Source: Dendrobates tinctorius
Taxonomy: Eukaryota
Direction of reading: 5' to 3'
NCBI RefSeq assembly: GCF_039654945.1
Contig: NW_027362026.1
Span: 1,736,001-1,800,000, forward strand
Length of the DNA: 64,000 nt
Shown: one piece after another, positions 11,113-21,469 of the stretch
How the letters are laid out: every line of letters begins with the position of its first letter
Position numbering within the stretch: the stretch's first letter is position 1
Notes under the pieces: model-generated
The model's database searches: none
Told to the model about the DNA's origin: nothing
The model's input: the letters and a program-made list of their open reading frames with translations, nothing else
Program-made: the position numbers and the translations under genes

Positions 11113-13835
11113 ACACAATCCAAAAGTGTCCAGTGTCCAAAAGTGTGTACAGACATTCAAAATCTCACTTATCCTCTAGTCACTTAGGTCACAGCTGTGC
11201 CATTGAGCCTGTCACATAGCGCTCAGATATTCATTGGGCCTCACACAATCCAAAAGTGTCCAGTGTCCAAAAGTGTGTGCAGACATTCAAAATCTCACTT
11301 ATCCTCTAGTCACTTAGGTCACAGCAGTGCCATCGAGCCTGTCACATAGCGCTGAGATATCAGTGGGCCTCACACAATCCAAAAGTGTCCAGTGTCCAAA
11401 AGTGTGTGCAGATATTCAAAATCTCCCTTATCCTCTAGTCACTTAGGTCACAGCAGTGCCATCGAGCCTGTCACATAGCGCTGAGATAACAGTGGACCTC
11501 ACACAATCCAAAAGTGTCCACTGTCCAAAAGTGTGTGCAGATATTCAAAATCTCCCTTATCCTCTAGTCACTTTTGTCACAGCAGTGCCATCGAGCCTGT
11601 CACATAGCGCTGAGATATCAGTGGGCCTCACACAATCCAAAAGTGTCCAGTGTCCAAAAGTGTGTGCAGATATTCAAAATCTCCCTTATCCTCTAGTCAC
11701 TTTTGTCACAGCAGTGCCATCGAGCCTGTCACATAGCGCTGAGATATCAGTGGGCCTCACACAATCCAAAAGTGTCCAGTGTCCAAAAGTGTGTGCAGAT
11801 ATTCAAAATCTCCCTTATCCTCTAGTCACTTAGGTCACAGCAGTGCCATCGAGCCTGTCACATAGCGCTGAGATAACAGTGGACCTCACACAATCCAAAA
11901 GTGTCCACTGTCCAAAAGTGTGTGCAGATATTCAAAATCTCCCTTATCCTCTAGTCACTTTTGTCACAGCAGTGCCATCGAGCCTGTCACATAGCGCTGA
12001 GATATCAGTGGGCCTCACACAATCCAAAAGTGTCCAGTGTCCAAAAGTGTGTGCAGATATTCAAAATCTCCCTTATCCTCTAGTCACTTTTGTCACAGCA
12101 GTGCCATCGAGCCTGTCACATAGCGCTGAGATATCAGTGGGCCTCACACAATCCAAAAGTGTCCAGTGTCCAAAAGTGTGTGCAGATATTCAAAATCTCC
12201 CTTATCCTCTAGTCACTTAGGTCACAGCAGTGCCATCGAGCCTGTCACATAGCGCTGAGATAACAGTGGACCTCACACAATCCAAAAGTGTCCACTGTCC
12301 AAAAGTGTGTGCAGATATTCAAAATCTCCCTTATCCTCTAGTCACTTTTGTCACAGCAGTGCCATCGAGCCTGTCACATAGCGCTGAGATATCAGTGGGC
12401 CTCACACAATCCAAAAGTGTCCAGTGTCCAAAAGTGTGTGCAGATATTCAAAATCTCCCTTATCCTCTAGTCACTTAGGTCACAGCAGTGCCATCGAGCC
12501 TGTCACATAGCGCTGAGATATCAGTGGGCCTCACACAATCCAAAAGTGTCCAGTGTCCAAAAGTGTGTGCAGATATTCAAAATCTCCCTTATCCTCTAGT
12601 CACTTAGGTCACAGCAGTGCCATCGAGCCTGTCACATAGCGCTGAGATAACAGTGGGCCTCACACAATCCAAAAGTGTCCACTGTCCAAAAGTGTGTGCA
12701 GATATTCAAAATCTCCCTTATCCTCTAGTCACTTTTGTCACAGCAGTGCCATCGAGCCTGTCACATAGCGCTGAGATATCAGTGGGCCTCACACAATCCA
12801 AAAGTGTCCAGTGTCCAAAAGTGTGTGCAGATATTCAAAATCTCCCTTATCCTCTAGTCACTTTTGTCACAGCAGTGCCATCGAGCCTGTCACATAGCGC
12901 TGAGATATCAGTGGGCCTCACACAATCCAAAAGTGTCCAGTGTCCAAAAGTGTGTGCAGATATTCAAAATCTCCCTTATCCTCTAGTCACTTTTGTCACA
13001 GCAGTGCCATCGAGCCTGTCACATAGCGCTGAGATATCAGTGGGCCTCACACAATCCAAAAGTGTCCAGTGTCCAAAAGTGTGTGCAGATATTCAAAATC
13101 TCCCTTATCCTCTAGTGACTTAGGTCACAGCAGTGCCATCGAGCCTGTCACATAGCGCTGAGATAACAGTGGGCCTCACACAATCCAAAAGTGTCCAGTG
13201 TCCAAAAGTGTGTGCAGATATTCAAAATCTCCCTTATCCTCTAATCACTTTTGTCACAGCAGTGCCATCGAGCCTGTCACATAGCGCTGAGATATCAGTG
13301 GGCCTCACACAATCCAAAAGTGTCCAGTGTCCAAAAGTGTGTGCAGATATTCAAAATCTCCCTTATCCTCTAGTCACTTTTGTCACAGCAGTGCCATCGA
13401 GCCTGTCACATAGCGCTGAGATATCAGTGGGCCTCACACAATCCAAAAGTGTCCAGTGTCCAAAAGTGTGTGCAGATATTCAAAATCTCCCTTATCCTCT
13501 AGTGACTTAGGTCACAGCAGTGCCATCGAGCCTGTCACATAGCGCTGAGATAACAGTGGGCCTCACACAATCCAAAAGTGTCCACTGTCCAAAAGTGTGT
13601 GCAGATATTCAAAATCTCCCTTATCCTCTAGTCACTTTTGTCACAGCAGTGACATCGAGCCTGTCACATAGCGCTGAGATATCAGTGGGCCTCACACAAT
13701 CCAAAAGTGTCCAGTTTCCAAAAGTGTGTGCAGATATTCAAAATCTCCCTTATCCTCTAGTCACTTTTGTCACAGCAGTGCCATCGAGCCTGTCACATAG
13801 CGCTGAGATATCAGTGGGCCTTACACAATCCAAAA
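11030..13835. repeat. 129-bp satellite array, ~22 copies, with 3-monomer higher-order structure
   Basis: Near-identical monomers. Diagnostic variants recur at 387-bp spacing (11456, 11843, 12230, 12617). Confidence 0.97.
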
Positions 13836-13901
13836 GACACCTTGTACCTTGTTTTACATTACTATATAGTTTGTTGGATTTTGTCTATATTTCTACCAAA
13901 A

Positions 13902-16900
13902 ATGAGGAAGGCTGGTGGAAGAGGCCGTGGAATTGGGCGGGGGTTGGCAGCTGGTAATAATGTTGTTGGTGGTGGATCCGATGGTAGTGGCCAGAGCAAA
14001 TTAGGACCGAATGCAGGAGGTGCTGACCCTGCGTCATCGTCTGGCTGCATAAGGCCTCAAACGCTTAGTTTTCTAGGAGTTGGCAAACAGCTTTTAAAGC
14101 CAGAGCATCAGGAAAAAGTTTTGTCTTACATTGCTGACTCAGCCTCCAGCTCTATCGCCTCCTCTTCTTCAGTTGTAAAAAGTAAAAGCACTGAGTCGTC
14201 ATTGGAGGCTCATGTTCATGAACCACACCTTTCCTTGTGTCCTTCACCCCAACCAAGATTGAAGGATGACGCAGGCCATACTACTGATTACTCCATGGAG
14301 CTGTTTTCACATACCATGCCTGGATTATCAAGTGAAATGGTGAATTACCCAGGCCAAGATGAATCTGACATGGAGTGCACTGATGCACAGCCGCTGATGG
14401 ATGATTCTGCTGGTACATTCACTCAGAGCACTACATTGTCCTCGCAGTGTACAGTGCCAGATTCTGACCCTGATGAGACTCAGGTGCCCCTTCCCGCACA
14501 CTATACCACCATACACGGTGACACAGAGGAAGGTGCACATGACATAGAAGAGGAGGTGATGGATGACCCAGCTGTTGACCCAGATTGGCATCCATTGGGG
14601 GAAGAGGGTGCTGCTTCCAATAGCTCAGATGAGGAGCATCCACAGCAGACATCGACATCGCAACAGCTGTTATCTGGCAGGCCCGGAGCACTCCAAAGAC
14701 AGGTTCCAAACATCAAAAGAGTTGCTGGACAGCTTGTTCAGAGGGTCAAAAGATCACAGCGTGCTAGGCCGCAAAATGTCTGCCAAAGTAGGAAGAGTGC
14801 AGTGTGGCACTTTTTTGAACAAAATCCTCATGATCAGGCCAAGGTTATCTGTAAGAAGTGCGCAAAGACCTTTAGCCGAGGGAAAAATCTGAAAAATTTG
14901 AATACCAGTTGCATGCTTAGACATTTAACCAGCATGCACTTGCAAGCGTGGACACAACACCAAACCTCAAGTGCCACATGTGCAACTGATCACAACGAAG
15001 GTAGTCAGCAACGCTACATTGTTTCCCCCACTGTAAGCCCACCGGTTAGCACAGCAGCAAATGTTGAGGTGTCGTTGCAAGACCACAGCAGTCAGGGAAT
15101 CCCACTGTTATATCAACGAAAGACTGATTCTAGGCCATCAGAAAGAACACCAACTCCATCACCATCATAAACCCTCTCTCAGTCCGCCCTGTCCACCGCT
15201 ACTTCCACCATATGCAGCTCTCAAGTCCAGCTCACCCTCCCAGACACTATGAGTAGGTCAAGAAAGTACTCAGTCTCTCATCCGCGTACACTGGGTTTGA
15301 ACGCCCACATTGCCAAACTAATCTCGTTTGAGATGATGCCCTTTCGGTTGGTGGAAAGCACAGCTTTCCGCGAACTCATGGCCTATGCAGTACCACGCTA
15401 TGACCTACCCAGTCGCCACTTCTTCTCTCGCAAAGCCATCCCAGCCCTCCACCATCATGCGAAAGACCGCATTGTCCATGCACTCAAGCAGTCAGTGAGC
15501 GGAAAGGTGCACCTCACAACTGATGCATGGTCCAGTCGGCATGGCCAGGGCCGTTACGTGTCCATCACTGCGCACTGGGTTAATGTGGTGGATGCAGGGT
15601 CCACAGGGGACAGCGGTGGTGGGATAGTGCTGCCTAGCCCACGGTATAGGAAACAGTTGGCTGTAGGCGTTCGACCCTCCTCCTCCTCCTCCAGAAGCGA
15701 AAGCTCGTCCACAGAGCGCAGTCGTACGAGCACTCCATCTGCAGCTGCCACTGTTGCACACGATGTGTCCCCCTATCGAGCAGCTAGTGGAAAGCGTAAG
15801 CAGGCTGTGTTGCAGATGATGTGTTTGGGCGACAGACACACCGCCGAGGTGCTGGCCGAGTACTTGAAGCGACAAACTGAGTCATGGCTGGGCAGTGTAC
15901 ATCTTGAGGCAGGCAAGGTAGTTAGTGATAACGGCCGTAATTTTGTGGCAGCCATAGCCCTTTCAAAACTCAGCCACATACCTTGCTTGGCTCACACCTT
16001 GAACCTGGTGGTGCAGTGCTTCCTCAAAAATTATCCGGAGTTAACAGCCCTGCTCCATAAGGTGCAAAGACTGTGCGCGCACATCCGCCGGTCGCCTGTA
16101 CACTACGTTCATATGCAGAAGCTGCAGCGATTGCTCCACCTTCCCAACCACCGCCTCATTATCGACATTGCAACAAGGTGGAACTCCACCCTGCACATCT
16201 GTGCGAGCAGAGGCAGGCCATAATGCATTTGTGGGAGGATACACGGCCAGGCACTTTGAGAGCAGACATGGAGTTGACAGGTGTGCAGTGGTCGAAGCTG
16301 AAAGACCTTTGTAAAGTCCTTCAGTGTTTTGAGGAATGCACACGGCTGGTAAGCGCAGACGACGCCATCCTAAGCATGAGCATCCCACTTATGCGTCTGC
16401 TCATGCAAACTTTGACGCACCTTAAGGAGCAGGCGTCTGCAGCCAATGTTGATGAGGAGGAAGAGGAGGAGGGAATCCTTGATGACATTCAGCCATTGTC
16501 TGCTCAGGGACCTCTCCTGGACGAGGTGGAGGAAGAAGAGGAGGAGGAGGATGATGATGGGGATGATTACTTAGGGGAGGAGGATGCATCTCGTGGGGCA
16601 AGTGAAAATGTTGGCGTGGCAAGGTCTGGTACAGGGTTTGTGCGTGACTGGAGGGATGTGGATTTGCCAGAAAGTGCTCCTCCACCCAGCACTCGCAGTG
16701 CATCATTGACACCGGGAACATTGGCCCACATGTCAGATTATGCCTTGCGGATCCTAAAAAGGGACCCCCGCATTGCCAAAATGATGAACGATGACGACTA
16801 CTGGTTGGCCAGCATCCTGGATCCACGCTATAAAGGCAAATTACAAAACATCATGCCACAGGAGAACCTTGACCTAATATTGGCTAATAAGCAACTCTGG

Positions 16901-17424
16901 TAAATCGGTTGCTTGAGGCATTCCCAGCACACAGCAGCGGTGATGGTTCTCACACGAGCCGTACGGGCCGGGGGCAGCTTGGCAGAGGTGTTCGTGGTGC
17001 ACACAGCAGAAGTGGCATTGGAGACAGCGGTTTCATGACAATGTTGTGGACTGATTTTTCAAATACCGCTCACACAACTGGTAATACTGCATCGATGGAA
17101 AGTGACAGGAGACAGCAGTTGTCAACTATGGTTACAAACTACTTTTCCTCCCATATCGATGTTCTCCCACACAGGTCATTCCCCTTTGACTATTGGGCCG
17201 CTAAACTGGACACCTGGCCTGAATTGGCCCAATATGCCTTACAGGAGCTCGCTTGCCCAGCTGCAAGTGTGCTATCGGAAAGAGTCTTCAGTGCAGCTGG
17301 ATCAATCCTGACAGAAAAAAGGACCCGTCTGTCAACCCAAAATGTGGATGATCTAACCTTCATTAAAATGAACCACACATGGGTTTCCAAGGATTTTGTC
17401 CCACCTTCCCCTGATGACACATAG
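13902..17424 (+). pseudogene. hAT transposase (ZBED4/ZBED6-like domain order), disrupted by one stop codon and two frameshifts
   Basis: ATG at 13902. BED finger SAVWHFF..CKKC..HLTSMH; catalytic motifs LTTDAW, VSDNG, CLAH, TRWNS, SERVFS; C-terminal dimerisation domain. Built from ORFs 13767-15170, 15249-16223, 16073-16903, 16909-17424. Confidence 0.95.
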
Positions 17425-17861
17425 GGTGACAGAAAAATGGCTTGCTTTGGTCCACCTCTTCCTGGTACTTCACCTATTTCGCCTTTTGCATCAGCTGAAT
17501 GTCCAACATCAACATATGCCACTTTCTAAAACTCCCTAACTGTGCTGCCTCCCCCCCATGGCCGGGGTCACCACCTAGCGCACGATACCGTGCGAGTGCC
17601 GTTGCCCTGGACAGGTGGGTAGGCCGACTCTTGGGCGCGGGCACTGGCACAGGGTCCCTCATAGTGCAATCAAGTGTCTCTGACGGTGGTGGTGCACCCC
17701 CGCCGTCAGACACACCGCTGTACTATGAGGGGCCCAGTGCCAGTACCGACGCCCATGAGTGGGCCCCCCTTGCTTGGGCAGGGCCCCAGCATTTGCAATC
17801 TTTACCTCTCCCTGCTCCTCCACTGTGTAATCTGGGCCGTCAAATCCATACTGTGCCTGAC

Positions 17862-19894
17862 ACCGTCTGAGCCTGCCTCCTGAGACATATATTTTGAATG
17901 TGTACGCTATCCATACATGTTATCTGGGGATACGGTACCCTTTCTAACCTTTGTGCAATCACGTGCAATCCATACTGGGCCTAACACCATCTGAGCCTGC
18001 CTCATGCTGTATAGACATATATTTTGAATGTGTACGCTATCCATACATGTTATCCGGTGATACGGTACCCTTTCTAACCTTTGTGCAATCACGTGCAATC
18101 CATACTGGGCCTAACACCGTCTGAGCCTGCCTCATGCTGTATAGACATATATTTTGAATGTGTACGCTATCCATACATGTTATCCAGGGATACGGTACCC
18201 TTTCTAACCTTTGTGCAATCACGTGCAATCCATACTGGGCCTAACACCGTCTGAGCCTGCCTCATGCTGTATAGACATATATTTTGAATGTGTACGCTAT
18301 CCATACATGTTATCTAGGGATACGGTACCCTTTCTAACCTTTGTGCAATCACGTGCAATCCATACTGGGCCTAACACCATCTGAGCCTGCCTCCTGAGAC
18401 ATATATTTTGAATGTGTACGCTATCCATACATGTTATCCAGGGATACGGTACCCTTTCTAACCTTTGTGCAATCACGTGCAATCCATACTGGGCCTAACA
18501 CCGTCTGAGCCTGCCTCCTGAGACATATATTTTGAATGTGTACGCTATCCATACATGTTATCCAGGGATACGGTACCCTTTCTAACCTTTGTGCAATCAC
18601 GTGCAATCCATACTGGGCCTAACACCGTCTGAGCCTGCCTCATGCTGTATAGACATATATTTTGAATGTGTACGCTATCCATACATGTTATCCGGGGATA
18701 CGGTACCCTTTCTAACCTTTGTGCAATCACGTGCAATCCATACTGGGCCTAACACCGTCTGAGCCTGCCTCCTGAGACATATATTTTGAATGTGTACGCT
18801 ATCCATACATGTTATCTGGGGATACGGTACCCTTTCTAACCTTTGTGCAATCACGTGCAATCCATACTGGGCCTAACACCGTCTGAGCCTGCCTCATGCT
18901 GTATAGACATATATTTTGAATGTGCACGCTATCCATACATGTTATCCGGGGATACGGTACCCTTTCTAACCTTTGTGCAATCACGTGCAATCCATACTGG
19001 GCCTAACACCGTCTGAGCCTGCCTCCTGAGACATATATTTTGAATGTGTACGCTATCCATACATGTTTTCTGGGGATACGGTACCCTTTCTAACCTTTGT
19101 GCAATCACGTGCAATCCATACTGGGCCTAACATCGTCTGAGCCTGCCTCATGCTGTATAGACATATATTTTGAATGAGTACGATATCCATACATGTTATC
19201 CGGTGATACGGTACCCTTTCTAACCTTTGTGCAATCACGTGCAATCCATACTGGGCCTAACACCGTCTGAGCCTGCCTCATGCTGTATAGACATATATTT
19301 TGAATGTGTACGCTATCCATACATGTTATCCTGTGATACGGTACCCTTTCTAACCTTTGTGCAATCACGTGCAATCCATACTGGGCCTAACACCGTCTGA
19401 GCCTGCCTCATGCTGTATAGACATATATTTTGAATGTGTACGCTATCCATACATGTTATCCAGGGATACGGTACCCTTTCTAACCTTTGTGCAATCACGT
19501 GCAATCCATACTGGGCCTAACACCGTCTGAGCCTGCCTCATGCTGTATAGACATATATTTTGAATGTGTACGCTATCCATACATGTTATCCAGGGATACG
19601 GTACCCTTTCTAACCTTTGTGCAATCACGTGCAATCCATACTGGGCCTAACACCATCTGAGCCTGCCTCCTGAGACATATATTTTGAATGTGTACGCTAT
19701 CCATACATGTTATCCAGGGATACGGTACCCTTTCTAACCTTTGTGCAATCACGTGCAATCCATACTGGGCCTAACACCGTCTGAGCCTGCCTCCTGAGAC
19801 ATATATTTTGAATGTGTACGCTATCCATACATGTTATCTGGGGATACGGTACCCTTTCTCACCTTTGTGCAATCACGTGTAATCCATACTGGGC
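17862..19894. repeat. 124/130-bp satellite array, ~16 copies, downstream of the transposase
   Basis: Monomers differ by CCTGA versus CATGCTGTATA. Each carries GGTACC and CACGTG. Confidence 0.97.
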
Positions 19895-21028
19895 GTGAGA
19901 ACGGCTGGCGAGCTGTTAAGCAAGCTACAGCACCTGTCCAGACAAGTACAGGGATTCCCTAGCGAGGAGACTTATTTGATTGTTTTCAATGTTGGGACAG
20001 CAATTTTTGGGGAGCACTATACTCTGGAGAATGATAGATGGGGCCCACCATACACTGGAACATTCCAAAGGTGGACATCAGACACTGGAGCAGCATTTAC
20101 AGGGCCCATTATACACTAGAGCATTAGAAATGGGGCCCATTATGTTTGGAGCATTATTTGGGCCCATAAGACAGTGGAGCTTCATCCATGGGGACCAACA
20201 TGTACTGTAGCATTATGTGGAGCTCATCATATACTGTTTCAAACATTATATGGGACCAATGATTCTGTATGGAGAAATAGATGGGCCTCGTCATGAGATG
20301 TAAAAAGTGAGGTATTTTTCATTGTACTATACCGCTATTTCTCTGCCGTATCGGAGCATGACGAGCTGTGGTATGTGTTAAAGGGGCGCTCTTTCGCCCA
20401 GGGCACATGAAAACCTGCAGCCAGCCCTCCCCCCCCCACAACTTTAGCCAAATAACCCCCATTTTTCAGTGCGTAACTTGTATTATGAAGTTAATTAAGG
20501 TTGACAAGCTTAAGAAAGAAGAATTGATGCTTTTGGCATTCAAATGGGCACTGTAGGTGTGTTTCCTGTCCTCCTCTCACTGCCGACTTTTATTCCCCAT
20601 TGACTTACATTGGGTTTCGTGTTTCGGGACGACCCCGACTTTTCCCTATAATCGGACGATCTTGCTCGACCCGACTTTTGGAAAAGTCGGGTTTCACGAA
20701 ACGAAACGCGACCCTAAAAAACCAAAAGTCGCTCAACTCTACTAGCGACCACTTAGCGATGTACCAGCGATCCTGACAGCGTCATATCACTGGTCGGGAT
20801 CGCTGGTACATCGCTAAGTGTGACAGTACCCATATTCCCAGCTTTACAGAAGGACGATAACACCATAGAAATGATAAGAATAATAGGCCTCAGTTACCAC
20901 AACTGTCAACAAAGAAAACTGTTGCTGATAGCAACCAATCACAGCTCATTTTTCATCTTTTAAATAGCTCTGGGACAGCGTGGTGACTTTGAGTGGCGAC
21001 TTTTGTGTTTCGACTTTTATGTGGCGAG

Positions 21029-21469
21029 TATACCCAAAACAGAGATTCAACGTCCTAACAATGGCACTTCCCATATATAATAGCTCCTACAAAAAATGGA
21101 AGTATACGCCAAGTTCAAATACATCTCAATCCATCTTTATTCAAAACATCAATAATAAAATAAAACAATGAAGATACATATGCAAATTGAGGACTACACA
21201 CCACAGGTAGCTTATAGTACAACAATGGGATCCTAGAAAAATTACATATAGCATTTAAGCATCCTCCTCTATCTCTACTAGAGGAGGATGCTGAAATTCT
21301 ATATGTAATTTTTCTAGGATCCCATTGTTGTACTATAAGCTACCTGTGGTGTGTAGTCCTCAATTTGCATATGTATCTTCATTGTTTTATTTTATTATTG
21401 ATGTTTTGAATAAAGATGGATTGAGATGTATTTGAACTTGGCGTATACTTCCATTTTTTGTAGGAGCTA
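21029..21469. mobile_element. Fold-back insertion, probably a truncated and inverted Penelope-like retroelement end
   Basis: 193-bp inverted arms 21079-21271 / 21279-21471; 14-bp direct repeat TTTTATGTGGCGAG at 21015-21028 and 21470-21483; AATAAA in the arm. Confidence 0.65.

Larger units (their letters stand above)
10138..20741 (+). mobile_element. Full-length hAT DNA transposon (10.6 kb) with two internal satellite arrays
   Basis: Perfect 13-bp TIR TAGAGTTGAGCGA; perfect 8-bp TSD CTAGCGAC (10130-10137, 20742-20749); encodes a BED-finger hAT transposase. Confidence 0.97.
9825..20831. mobile_element. Harbinger-type MITE (~400 bp) split by the hAT
   Basis: Ends GGGCATGTCACAC / GTGTGACAGTACCC. 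The two halves match the intact copies at 30097-30501 and 58070-58386 in reverse orientation. Confidence 0.8.

Noticed and set aside
11456-13957. Repeated 125-168 aa ORFs as a tandem gene family
   Set aside because: They are by-products of a 129-bp (43-codon) monomer, start at GTG rather than ATG, and show no recognisable domain.
13902-17424. Domesticated host ZBED4/ZBED6 gene
   Set aside because: It lies between intact TIRs with a TSD and has a stop codon and two frameshifts, so it is a transposon copy.
17907-19758. Series of 61-63 aa minus-strand ORFs
   Set aside because: Satellite artefacts with non-ATG starts.
11030-19894. Regular repeat arrays flanking a nuclease-like gene, resembling a CRISPR locus
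   Set aside because: The monomers are head-to-tail near-identical with no unique spacers, the gene is a hAT transposase, and the DNA is eukaryotic.
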